Of a stretch of DNA of 64,000 nt, positions 25,242 through 34,577 are shown piece by piece. Numbering within the stretch: the stretch's first letter is position 1; every line of letters starts with the position of its first letter. The translations under genes were made by a program, and so were the position numbers. The stretch covers positions 115,755 to 179,754 of IMG/VR virus record IMGVR_UViG_3300027759_000002; one strand, 5' to 3'. Below the pieces are notes generated by a model. That model saw nothing but the letters and a program-made list of their open reading frames with translations. It was not told where the DNA came from and did no database searches. This stretch comes from a virus.

Positions 25242-26992
25242 AAAAGTTTTTAGAAAAACTACACGAAGATGCTCAAACTCACACACCAGTTGTGATGGCA
25301 TTTGGTCGCATGAATCCACCAACCATTGGCCACGCCAAAGTGATTGATAGAGTGAAACAACTTGCAAAAGACTACAAGGCACCACACCACATTATTGTGT
25401 CACATTCTATGGACACAAAGAAGAATCCATTAGACCTTGCGAGTAAAATCAAACACGCAAAGAGATTTTTCCCTGACACAAACATTACCGGTTCAAGTAA
25501 AGAGAAACCAACATTTTTACAACATGCAGCTGCACTACATCAAGCAGGCCATGACCACTTGATAATGGTTGCAGGCTCAGACCGTATTCCAGAATACGAA
25601 CAAAAATTGAATCAGTATAATGGAGAAGGTCCAGGAAAGTTATTCAATTTCAAAAAGATAGAAGTTAAATCTGCTGGTCAACGTGACCCCGATGCAGAAG
25701 GTGCAGAAGGTATGTCTGCTTCCAAGATGCGTGACCATGCAAAGAGTGGTGATTTCAATTCGTTCAGACAAGGTGTTCCTGCACATGTTCCAGACAATCA
25801 TGCTAGAGCATTGTTTCGTGATGTTCGTAAAGGTATGGGATTGAATGAAGAATTCAATCGTGGACTATTTAAAGCAATCTTTGTGACTGGTGGACCAGGT
25901 TCAGGTAAAGACATTATCATACGTGAAGCAATTGCTGAGAGTAAATCAGTAGAATTGAATTCAGTACAAGCATTTGACTTATTGATGGACAAACAAAAAC
26001 TGTCCGAAAAAACAACCGACTATCGTAGAGAAGCTATTCGTAATCGTGGTCCACTAATTATTAATGGACCTGCTGATGACCATACTAGAATAATTACCAT
26101 TAGAGAAGAACTAGAAGAATTTGGTTATGAAACTGTTATGGTATTTGTTGATACAACCAATGAAGCCAGTAAAGAACGTAATGAGAAGTTGACCAAGTCA
26201 ATTTCAGAATCAGTTAGATATGATAAGTGGCAATTAGCACAAACTTCAAAAGAAGCATATCGTCAGAATTTTTCCAATTTTATAGATTTCAATAATAGTT
26301 CAACCTTCGAAGAAATTCAAGAAGACATTACTGACACTTACGGAAAAATAAATAGGTTCATTGAGGACAAAAATTACAATGAAATTGCGTTCTCTTGGTT
26401 GGAAAGTCGTGGTAAAATTAGTATCACATCATTATTTAAGGAAAATGAAAATGTTAAGAAAAATTCTAGATTTTTTGAAAGTTACAAAACCAAACGCACC
26501 AGTGGAAGTCCAACTCTCAACACCGGTACCGGTCCAAGAGCCGAAGGTCCAGGAAGTGAACTCCCAGATAATCGTGCCAGCGACTCCAATGCCGACAACA
26601 TCAAGTGGGACGGAAACAAAAAGCGAGGAAGTTACACCTTCAAAACCTACAGTGAAGAAAGCCCCAGCCTCAAAGTCAGTCCAATCCCCAAAGAAGACAA
26701 CTTCTCCAAGGACAAGGAAAAAGTAAAACGTAATCGTTTCAGAGATTCACCAACTGTTAATCAACGTATGAGAAACATAACAACAGTTGGTCCAGAATTT
26801 GATACACGCCAACAGGGTACAGTATACCCTATGTCTGGTCTAGGCGATGTAACATACAGAGAATCGTTTAATGATCCTTCCGATTCTGAAATGGGTGTGG
26901 TTGGTGTTTTAGGTGGTGCAACAAATAAAGAACCAATGGAAAATCCAAGAGATAAATTTGGTTCAAGTTCAATAAAGAAGAAAAAGAAATGA
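25238..26992 (+). CDS. Cytidylyltransferase-like (HxGH) domain fused to a P-loop kinase-like domain
   Basis: FGRMNPPTIGH, MSASKMR; then KAIFVTGGPGSGKD. Confidence 0.8.
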   Translation: MKKFLEKLHEDAQTHTPVVMAFGRMNPPTIGHAKVIDRVKQLAKDYKAPHHIIVSHSMDTKKNPLDLASKIKHAKRFFPDTNITGSSKEKPTFLQHAAALHQAGHDHLIMVAGSDRIPEYEQKLNQYNGEGPGKLFNFKKIEVKSAGQRDPDAEGAEGMSASKMRDHAKSGDFNSFRQGVPAHVPDNHARALFRDVRKGMGLNEEFNRGLFKAIFVTGGPGSGKDIIIREAIAESKSVELNSVQAFDLLMDKQKLSEKTTDYRREAIRNRGPLIINGPADDHTRIITIREELEEFGYETVMVFVDTTNEASKERNEKLTKSISESVRYDKWQLAQTSKEAYRQNFSNFIDFNNSSTFEEIQEDITDTYGKINRFIEDKNYNEIAFSWLESRGKISITSLFKENENVKKNSRFFESYKTKRTSGSPTLNTGTGPRAEGPGSELPDNRASDSNADNIKWDGNKKRGSYTFKTYSEESPSLKVSPIPKEDNFSKDKEKVKRNRFRDSPTVNQRMRNITTVGPEFDTRQQGTVYPMSGLGDVTYRESFNDPSDSEMGVVGVLGGATNKEPMENPRDKFGSSSIKKKKK

Positions 26993-27201
26993 AAAAATTC
27001 ACAGAGTTTGTGAGAGAATCTACACCAGAAACATCACACCATGATGCTCAAGAAATCAAACGTCAAAAGACACACTTGATGGACAAAGCAAAAGAGTATG
27101 GTGACCAAGCACAAAAAGAAAAACATTTCGGCCACGGTGGAGCAGCAGAAGCTAAAGGTGAGACCATGGTTGCAGCTGCAAAAAATATTAAAGGAGATTA
27201 A
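26989..27201 (+). CDS. Hypothetical, probable head internal protein
   Basis: N-terminus MKKFTEFVRE resembles the T4 capsid-targeting sequence. Confidence 0.65.
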   Translation: MKKFTEFVRESTPETSHHDAQEIKRQKTHLMDKAKEYGDQAQKEKHFGHGGAAEAKGETMVAAAKNIKGD

Positions 27202-27202
27202 C

Positions 27203-27682
27203 ATGATAAACTTAAAAAAGAACGATGCACTTGCTGATGCGGTAAAAGAAATTTTACAACAAGAGGCACTAAAAGGCAATCAACATTTAATTGATAAAAA
27301 TAAGAACAATGAAGTTGATGCACACGATTTCAAAATTCTTCGTGGCGAAAAGAAAACCGTCAAAGAAGAAGAAACCGTTGAAGAAGGTCTTAAAGATATT
27401 GCCAAGAAAGCTTTCAAAGCTTTGACTGGTGGTTCAGATGAAGACCAACGTAAAAATCTACAAAAGAAAATGGGCGTTCCACAAACTGGTAAAAAACCAG
27501 TAAAAGAAGAAGTTCAAGGTAAAACTTTGAAACAATTCAAAGAAGGTTGGGATGAAATGATGGCTGACGTTAAGAAACGTGGCGAACCACAACCAAACGG
27601 TGGATCAGGTAAAAAACAAGGTTCTGCATATGGTGGTTCTAAACAAAAAGACAAGCCAGAACAGGACACAGAAAAAAAGTAA
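27203..27682 (+). CDS. Hypothetical Lys/Glu-rich protein with a probable -1 frameshift extension to 27828
   Basis: SD AAGGAG; ends A-AAA-AAG-TAA; the -1 frame is open for 49 more codons. Confidence 0.75.
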   Translation: MINLKKNDALADAVKEILQQEALKGNQHLIDKNKNNEVDAHDFKILRGEKKTVKEEETVEEGLKDIAKKAFKALTGGSDEDQRKNLQKKMGVPQTGKKPVKEEVQGKTLKQFKEGWDEMMADVKKRGEPQPNGGSGKKQGSAYGGSKQKDKPEQDTEKK

Positions 27683-27837
27683 CTGAGGCAAAGGGACCAA
27701 CCAGTCAGGAAGACGGACCTTTTGTCTCTAGTATTAATGATACACACGATTTAAAACCACTGAACCATGCAAGGTACTTGGCCAAAAAATCTTTAAATAG
27801 AGTTCAAAAAGAAATGATGAACAAATAAGGCACAATA

Positions 27838-29286
27838 ATGAGCAAAGCACAAACATTAAAATCTATAGTTAAAAGGGGGGGTGCAGAAAAGCCTTCTTTC
27901 GGAACTAATCCTTGGGATCCATGGTCCGCAAAAGCTAATATTGCGGAAGATGCTGCTTTGGATCAATATTTGACTTCTAGAGGTATCAATCCAAAACATG
28001 TTTCTAAAGACCAAAAGGTTGCACATTCCAAGATGGGACAATTCATCAAATGGAAAAGAGACCATATGTCAGAAGCAGTTGACAGAAAAGATACTATTAC
28101 TTTTGACATTCCTTTATTGATTCGTGTTTTGGAATTTACTAGAGAAGATTTGAAGACTGATATCAACTTACACAAGATGGTTGAGAGACTATTGAACATT
28201 CGTGGTAAAGGCACATTGACCATGAATGAATATGGTAAAATTGTCAAAGAAGAATATGCAGAAGAAGAAGTGGAACAGATTGTTGAAATAACAACTACTG
28301 GTTATCACAAAGCTGCAATTAAGAGTAGACAAGATGCTGCTGTTAAAGTCATGTCCAGTATGGGTAAAGACAAAACAGCAAAAACAAAACTTGATGCTCG
28401 TAATCGTGGATTAAAACGACTTGGTGATAGAACATCAGCCGAAATGAAGAAGGCCAATTCTGGTCCACAAAAACCAGTACACCATCCAGCCAGCAGTATG
28501 AGTTCACCACAAGCATACTATGCATCTAAGAAACCAGGTGAATACACTGGTGATTCTGTTCAATATTCAGCTGATACTAATGTCATTTCTGAAATCAGTA
28601 GTGCAACTTTGGATAGTTACAAAGAAAAGGCTAAGAAGTCTGCTGACGAACTATCATCAAAAGGTGAATATAGAAAATCTACAAATCGCTGGTCTAATGT
28701 TATGAAAGCCACCGGTAAACAGATTGACAAGACAACTGCTGATATTAAGAAGTCTTTGAATAAAGAAGAAACTGAGCAAGTGCAAGAAGTTGCACCTCCA
28801 GGTTTCGAAGGTACTGTCAAAGCAATGAAAAAGTACAAAGGTATTGATAATCCTTGGGCTCTTGCATGGTCCATGAAGAACAAAGGTTATAAGTCACATA
28901 AGAAGGCTGACGGTACACCTAAGAATGAAAACTATCAGGATCCGCAAGCCGCTTCATCAATGCCTGGTGATTGTGCAAATAGTCCCGATGATGTTGAACA
29001 ACCAAAGAATAAAAAGTTGATTCAAATGTCTAAGTCTGCTCGAATCATTAAAAACCTTTACAAAAAGAAAGGTATGAAAGAGGAAACTTACGACCATGAA
29101 AAGGAAGACAAATCTGTTGCAACATATGGTAAAAAACCAAAGATGCAACAAGTTAGTGCTGATTTGGAAGAACCGCAAGCCGCAGCCGTATTAACAGGCG
29201 GTACTACCTTGACTGGTGAAAAAAGAGATACCATCGAAATCGACCCTATGATGAAGATGCGTAAACCAATTTCTGGAAAAAGATAA
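27838..29286 (+). CDS. Hypothetical modular late protein (probable head internal protein)
   Basis: Modules separated by acidic V/I-x-E linkers; EISSATLDSYKEKA. Confidence 0.7.
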   Translation: MSKAQTLKSIVKRGGAEKPSFGTNPWDPWSAKANIAEDAALDQYLTSRGINPKHVSKDQKVAHSKMGQFIKWKRDHMSEAVDRKDTITFDIPLLIRVLEFTREDLKTDINLHKMVERLLNIRGKGTLTMNEYGKIVKEEYAEEEVEQIVEITTTGYHKAAIKSRQDAAVKVMSSMGKDKTAKTKLDARNRGLKRLGDRTSAEMKKANSGPQKPVHHPASSMSSPQAYYASKKPGEYTGDSVQYSADTNVISEISSATLDSYKEKAKKSADELSSKGEYRKSTNRWSNVMKATGKQIDKTTADIKKSLNKEETEQVQEVAPPGFEGTVKAMKKYKGIDNPWALAWSMKNKGYKSHKKADGTPKNENYQDPQAASSMPGDCANSPDDVEQPKNKKLIQMSKSARIIKNLYKKKGMKEETYDHEKEDKSVATYGKKPKMQQVSADLEEPQAAAVLTGGTTLTGEKRDTIEIDPMMKMRKPISGKR

Positions 29287-29322
29287 ATAGTAAATATAAC
29301 CCACGGTTAAAAGGAGAATAAC

Positions 29323-30189
29323 ATGTCATCTTGGGGAAATAACGATAACGCAGCTAATGCACCATATTGGGCTGTTGAGACAGTACAAACAACAAATGCG
29401 CCAGTTGCATCCGCACCAACAGCAGCAAACGTTGCACTGTTGTATGGTAATACACAATTCCAGGCATATACACAAGGTATGACTGTTGGATTATTCATGG
29501 TAGATGCTACAGAAACCACTGCTGGTGGTGATAATGTAGTGGATATCTCATTGTCGAATCAAGGATCCGGATATGTTGCAGTGCCTGGTATTACATTATC
29601 AGGCGGCGGCGGTACATCTGCTGCAGCAACTGCTTCTATTGCTGGGGGTAAAATTTCCAATATCACTGTAACAAACGTTGGTTCTGGATATACATCCGAT
29701 CCTGTAGTTACAATTGGCCAACCTAATTTAGTTATTCCAATAGCTCAAGTTATTGTTGCAAACAACGTAATAATGTATACTGCACACGGCCAAGCAAATA
29801 GTGCTGCTCTAGTTTATAACTGGAATGGTTCCGCAAATATTGGTGGTATTACAAATGCAAACACATATTATGTTGTGCCTGTTGATGCCAATCGTTTCTC
29901 ATTAGCAGCAACTGCCGCTGATGCAGCTAACAACGTTGTTATTGACCTTACAACACAAGGTGCTGCAACTCAATACTTTGATATTGTTGGTGGTGTACGT
30001 GCTACTGCTGTTGCAAGCCGTGGTTTAAGTCAAGGTGCAAGCGGTGCAGAACATGCAACACACATTGGTTGGAATATAAAAACAGTTGGTTCAGGTGGCC
30101 GTGCTGGTCGTGTTCAATACGAAACGTTAGTTGCCATCTCTGAAGTTAAAGGTGATGGTTCAGACGATATTACTTTACCTGACGCTTAA
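29323..30189 (+). CDS. Putative virion structural protein
   Basis: GATAAATA late promoter at 29282; Gly/Ala/Thr-rich GSGY repeats. Confidence 0.65.
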   Translation: MSSWGNNDNAANAPYWAVETVQTTNAPVASAPTAANVALLYGNTQFQAYTQGMTVGLFMVDATETTAGGDNVVDISLSNQGSGYVAVPGITLSGGGGTSAAATASIAGGKISNITVTNVGSGYTSDPVVTIGQPNLVIPIAQVIVANNVIMYTAHGQANSAALVYNWNGSANIGGITNANTYYVVPVDANRFSLAATAADAANNVVIDLTTQGAATQYFDIVGGVRATAVASRGLSQGASGAEHATHIGWNIKTVGSGGRAGRVQYETLVAISEVKGDGSDDITLPDA

Positions 30190-30190
30190 C

Positions 30191-30213
30191 AAAAGGGGCT
30201 TCGGCCCCCATTT
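30191..30213 (+). terminator. Intrinsic terminator
   Basis: GGGGC-TTCG-GCCCC followed by ATTT. Confidence 0.7.
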
Positions 30214-30216
30214 AAT

Positions 30217-30603
30217 ATGTTCGATGAATTGAATGAAGATAATTTTATGATGTATGCTGCAAAATGCTATACATCACCACATTGCATTATGTCGGAATTT
30301 GAGGGAGATATTAAAAGAACAAAATACCTGAAAAGGTTATTTCGTAGATATAAGGTCACAAAATCCCTCAAAGAACGATTAATTATAAACCATATCATTT
30401 TATTGAATAATGTTTTTGGTCCAGAAGCAACGGCAAGAATATTGTTCTATAAGACTGATGAACGTGATTATGATATTCTAAAAACATTTTTAGATTACCT
30501 TGACATTATGCCTGACTTTGTTTATGGAATTAATGGAAAAACTATATCATCATCCGATTTACCACTAGATATGAATGTCGCAGAGATATTAAGAAACATA
30601 TGA
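30217..30603 (+). CDS. Hypothetical T4-like protein
   Basis: ELNEDNF.MYA.K.Y..P, LIINHII.L.NVFG motifs. Confidence 0.75.
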   Translation: MFDELNEDNFMMYAAKCYTSPHCIMSEFEGDIKRTKYLKRLFRRYKVTKSLKERLIINHIILLNNVFGPEATARILFYKTDERDYDILKTFLDYLDIMPDFVYGINGKTISSSDLPLDMNVAEILRNI

Positions 30604-31253
30604 AAAAATTCAACGAATACATCAACGAAGTTAAAGAACCAACTGGTGACCTAAAGAAGGCTTGTTGGACTGGATACACTGCTGTCGGAACAAAAAAGAA
30701 AAACGGTAGAACCGTTCCTAATTGTGTTCCAGAAGAAGTTGAAATAGACGAAAACCATATTGCCATCGCCATGGGTAAAGAGATGGATGATGAAGGCAGT
30801 ATGATTATGAATCAACTGGATCAAATAGAACGTTCCATTAACATGATGCGTGAAGTTGTCAAGGATCCAAATATGCAGGTACCTGCTTGGGTGCAATCTA
30901 AAGTAACATTAGCCGCAGACTATATTGAAACTGCTGCTGGTTATATGTCTAGTAAAAATGAAGAAGTTGACTTAGAAGAAACTGCTGCATGGCAACGCAA
31001 AGAAGGCAAAAGTGAATCTGGTGGTTTGAATCAAAAGGGTGTTGATTCTTATCGTAGAGAAAATCCTGGTTCAAAACTAAAGACAGCTGTCACAACCAAA
31101 CCATCAAAATTAAAAGCAGGTTCAGCTGCAGCAAATCGCCGTAAGTCATTCTGTGCTAGAATGTCTGGTATGAAGAAAAGATTAACATCAGCAAAAACTG
31201 CTAATGATCCGGATTCTCGTATTAATAAATCTTTACGTAAGTGGAATTGCTGA
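30600..31253 (+). CDS. Hypothetical late protein
   Basis: MKKFNEYINE; AAWQRKEGK..SGGLN.KG and RRKSFCARM modules. Confidence 0.75.
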   Translation: MKKFNEYINEVKEPTGDLKKACWTGYTAVGTKKKNGRTVPNCVPEEVEIDENHIAIAMGKEMDDEGSMIMNQLDQIERSINMMREVVKDPNMQVPAWVQSKVTLAADYIETAAGYMSSKNEEVDLEETAAWQRKEGKSESGGLNQKGVDSYRRENPGSKLKTAVTTKPSKLKAGSAAANRRKSFCARMSGMKKRLTSAKTANDPDSRINKSLRKWNC

Positions 31254-31498
31254 TGAAAACATTTCAAGAATATATCACAGAAAAGGGTAGATGTTGGACT
31301 GGTTACAAACCTGTTCCAGGTAAAAAAGCATACTCCGATAACAGCTGTGTAAAAGAAGATGGTATGGCAGCTGCACCAGCAAACAGTGTCAGCGGTGGAA
31401 ACATTGCTGGTTCAGGTGGCGCTGGTGGAGAACCAGGTGTTTCTAAGAAAAGAAATCCAGTAATGTCATTTACTAAACGCAGTCAACCGAAGATGTAA
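31253..31498 (+). CDS. Hypothetical late protein
   Basis: MKTFQEYITE; CWTGY module shared with the upstream gene. Confidence 0.7.
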   Translation: MKTFQEYITEKGRCWTGYKPVPGKKAYSDNSCVKEDGMAAAPANSVSGGNIAGSGGAGGEPGVSKKRNPVMSFTKRSQPKM

Positions 31499-31499
31499 T

Positions 31500-31955
31500 A
31501 TGTGGATACTGCAATGGTTACCTAATTGGATTTTCTACGCCGTCTTATTAGCCGGCGTTTTTGGTGTGGCCGCATCATATTTCATTAGATTCCTTAGTTT
31601 CATTCCTTTTCTTTACATTTACAAAACACCTATACAACTTGGTTCAATTGCATCGATTGCCATTGGAACTTTTATGTCAGGTGCGATATATGATAATGAC
31701 GTATGGGAAACAAGAGTAAAAGAAATGGAAGCCAAAGTTGCTGTTGCTGAAACACAATCAAAAGAAGAAAATATTAAGATTGTTGAAAGAGTGGTAAACA
31801 AGGTACAGATAGTCAGAACCAGAGGTGAAGACATTGTTAAATATGTAGATAGAGAAGTGGTCAAGTATGACACAAAATTTGCACCAGGTGGTATCTGTGA
31901 AATTCCAAAAGAGTTTATCAAGGCACATAATGATGCAGTTGAGGCACCTAAATGA
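31500..31955 (+). CDS. Putative i-spanin (Rz-like)
   Basis: N-terminal TM segments, periplasmic coiled coil, C-terminal Cys; upstream of the lipoprotein and endolysin. Confidence 0.65.
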   Translation: MWILQWLPNWIFYAVLLAGVFGVAASYFIRFLSFIPFLYIYKTPIQLGSIASIAIGTFMSGAIYDNDVWETRVKEMEAKVAVAETQSKEENIKIVERVVNKVQIVRTRGEDIVKYVDREVVKYDTKFAPGGICEIPKEFIKAHNDAVEAPK

Positions 31956-32263
31956 AAACCTTCAAACAGTTCATTTCACATAAATCACCAGAAGAAAAAA
32001 AGAAGCCACTTGACTATGCTGCTATTCGTGCAGCATCAGCACAATCAACTCCAACACAGAAGACTGGTAGTACTAAATTTGTTATGCACCGAGAAGGTTA
32101 CGGTCCTTGGGGTAAAATATCACAAGTTAATTTAGATAAAATTGCAAAAGCCAAAAAACGTGAAGAAAAAGAAAAAGGTTTAATGAGAAAACCCGGATCA
32201 ACGGCATCAAAAGATACAATTAATTATGTTACTAAAGTAAATAAACTTTCTGAAGAAAAATGA
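31952..32263 (+). CDS. Hypothetical basic protein
   Basis: MKTFKQFISH; lies between the spanin genes. Confidence 0.6.
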   Translation: MKTFKQFISHKSPEEKKKPLDYAAIRAASAQSTPTQKTGSTKFVMHREGYGPWGKISQVNLDKIAKAKKREEKEKGLMRKPGSTASKDTINYVTKVNKLSEEK

Positions 32264-32544
32264 ATCCAATTAAATTATTCATACTAGTAATTTTCATACT
32301 ACTTGCTTTTTTAGCAACTGGTTGTTCAACTACTGTTCCTGTTACAATGAAGTTTCCTGAAGTGCCAGATAAATTATTACAAAAATGTCCCCAGTTACAA
32401 AAATTGGGTGAAGATGTAAAATTGAGTGATGTAAGCAAAACTGTTACAATTAATTATACTACTTATTATGAGTGTGCTGTGAAAAATGATGCATGGATTG
32501 AATGGTATCAAATACAAAAACACATTTATGAAAGTGTAAAATAA
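32260..32544 (+). CDS. Putative o-spanin lipoprotein (Rz1-like)
   Basis: Signal peptide with lipobox LATGC; Pro-rich, LLQKCP.L. Confidence 0.75.
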   Translation: MNPIKLFILVIFILLAFLATGCSTTVPVTMKFPEVPDKLLQKCPQLQKLGEDVKLSDVSKTVTINYTTYYECAVKNDAWIEWYQIQKHIYESVK

Positions 32545-33167
32545 TGGAACTGACCAAAGAACAACTAAAACAATTACTTCCTAAAAACCCATATGTTGAC
32601 CATTGGCATCACGCATTGTCAATTTTATTGCCTGATTATGAAATCAATACACCTCAGAGAATGGCTGCTTTTATAGCACAGTGTTCACATGAGTCTGGTG
32701 GATTTACTGCACTAAAAGAGAACCTAAATTACAAACCTGCAACCTTGCGTAAAATCTTTCCAAAGTATTTTCCGAATGATGAAATTGCTAATGATTACTG
32801 TTCACGACCAAACAAGCAAGCAGCCATTGCAAACAAAGTCTATGCATCACGCATGGGCAACGGTGATGAATCATCAGGTGACGGATACAAGTTCTGTGGT
32901 CGTGGATTGATTCAATTGACCGGCCGAGACAACTATACATTCTTTGCAGGTTCATTAAACATCACAGTTGAAGATGCATCAGAATATCTTGCAACATTTG
33001 AAGGTGCTGCACAGTCAGCCTGTTGGTTCTGGGAAACAAATGATTTAAATAAATGGTCAGACAAAGGTGATATACTAACATTAACGAAAAAGATTAATGG
33101 TGGAACAATTGGCCTAGATGACCGAATCAAACATTACGAACATGCACTACATGTTTTTGGAGTATAA
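32544..33167 (+). CDS. Endolysin, glycoside hydrolase family 19
   Basis: AAFIAQCSHESGGF, GRGLIQLTGRDNY, TKKINGG.IGLDDR. Confidence 0.92.
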   Translation: MELTKEQLKQLLPKNPYVDHWHHALSILLPDYEINTPQRMAAFIAQCSHESGGFTALKENLNYKPATLRKIFPKYFPNDEIANDYCSRPNKQAAIANKVYASRMGNGDESSGDGYKFCGRGLIQLTGRDNYTFFAGSLNITVEDASEYLATFEGAAQSACWFWETNDLNKWSDKGDILTLTKKINGGTIGLDDRIKHYEHALHVFGV

Positions 33168-33168
33168 T

Positions 33169-33603
33169 ATGAAAAAATTACTAATTATTTTATTATTGAT
33201 ACCTTGTTTAACATTTGCACAAAAACAAAAAGATGGTGTTACATATGATGCGGTGATTACCCGTGTTATTGACGGTGATACTGTTGCATTTCATGCGCCA
33301 TTTTTACCTGCGCCACTCAAACCAGAACTTTCAATTAGAGTTTTTGGAGTTGATACACCAGAAAAAGGATTCAGAGCAGGTTGTCCAAGTGAAGATGCAA
33401 GAGGCCAAGCAGCTAGCGCCTTCACTAAGGCTCAAATTAATGCAGCAACCAAACGACAAATCATACTCATGGATTGGGACAAATATGGTGGTCGAGTCTT
33501 GGGTGATGTAATATTGGATGGCAAAAGTCTCCGTATGATGTTGATACAACAAGGTTATGCTCGTGAATATTACGGTGAAGCTAAAACTTCTTGGTGTAAT
33601 TAA
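33169..33603 (+). CDS. Thermonuclease (SNase-like) with signal peptide
   Basis: RVIDGDT, IRVFGVDTPE, DKYGGRVLG, GYAREY. Confidence 0.88.
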   Translation: MKKLLIILLLIPCLTFAQKQKDGVTYDAVITRVIDGDTVAFHAPFLPAPLKPELSIRVFGVDTPEKGFRAGCPSEDARGQAASAFTKAQINAATKRQIILMDWDKYGGRVLGDVILDGKSLRMMLIQQGYAREYYGEAKTSWCN

Positions 33604-33612
33604 GGAAAAAAA

Positions 33613-33906
33613 ATGAATGATAGAAAACTATTATATGTAGCTATAGGAATGATTCTTTTGCCATTATCATTAGCATTTTGTGGTGGCGATAGATTTCGTT
33701 ATCCATGTCAAGACCCTGATAATTGGGACAAAGATATGTGCAAGATGCCAAGATGTGATGTGACAAGAACATGTCCAGAACATATATTCAAAGGACAACG
33801 TGACCCAAGATTGGGACCACCAACAACAAGAGTTGAACCTATCGGACAAACTCCTGTACCAACACAATGTACTACACCAACACAAGGAGCTAACTGTGGA
33901 AAATAA
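33613..33906 (+). CDS. Hypothetical, probable lipoprotein
   Basis: LAFC after a hydrophobic segment; DRFRYPCQDP.NW; Cys-rich. Confidence 0.6.
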   Translation: MNDRKLLYVAIGMILLPLSLAFCGGDRFRYPCQDPDNWDKDMCKMPRCDVTRTCPEHIFKGQRDPRLGPPTTRVEPIGQTPVPTQCTTPTQGANCGK

Positions 33907-34351
33907 TAATCTCATGTATACAGAAGAACAGCTAATGGCTCGACTGAAATTCTTCATCGGTATTTGTTTAGCATTAACATTGACAGGTATTGTCTTTGTT
34001 GTTCTCTATTCAATTATCTTTGTAACACAACCATTAAATGCAATTAGTCCTATCGACCAAAAATTCTTTGAGTTGATTATTCCTATTGCAACATTCTTAA
34101 CTGGTACTTTATCAGGCATCATGCTTGCAGGTAATGATAAAGACCTTAGAGCAAAGGCACTAGATGCAGCAAATAAACCACCAGTCGTTTCAGGACCACC
34201 ACCAAGTACACCTTCAACTAATGCACCAAGCAACAATGCAACATTTGGCGCACCAACGTCAAGTGCAGCAACCTTTGCACCAGCACCACAAGTTGTCACA
34301 GGATTTGGCGGCAAACCTGCACCAGCACCAGCCTTCCAACCAGAAATCTAA
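33896..34351 (+). CDS. Hypothetical two-TM membrane protein with Pro/Ala-rich tail
   Basis: GTG start with SD GGAG; two hydrophobic helices. Confidence 0.65.
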   Translation: MENNNLMYTEEQLMARLKFFIGICLALTLTGIVFVVLYSIIFVTQPLNAISPIDQKFFELIIPIATFLTGTLSGIMLAGNDKDLRAKALDAANKPPVVSGPPPSTPSTNAPSNNATFGAPTSSAATFAPAPQVVTGFGGKPAPAPAFQPEI

Positions 34352-34355
34352 ATAG

Positions 34356-34577
34356 ATGTACTACTTAAAAAGTATGTTATCGGATGGTGTCAATGGCACC
34401 ATCTCTAGCAAAAGAGTTGTCACACTGTTAGCATTTGTAATGTGTGCATCAGGTTTTATTACTATGTTATATGGTCATCCTATAGATTCTAAAATTTACG
34501 ATTCAATGATGTACATTGTAATTGCAGGTTTAGGTTTCACAGCATCAGAAAAGTTTACTAAAAAGGACGAAAAATGA
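34356..34577 (+). CDS. Small two-TM protein (holin candidate)
   Basis: Two hydrophobic segments, charged C-terminus EKFTKKDEK; near the lysis genes. Confidence 0.5.
   Translation: MYYLKSMLSDGVNGTISSKRVVTLLAFVMCASGFITMLYGHPIDSKIYDSMMYIVIAGLGFTASEKFTKKDEK

Noticed and set aside
26361-26726. 121-aa alternative-frame ORF inside the NTase-kinase gene
   Set aside because: No SD and low-complexity composition; best explained as a shadow of a disordered region.
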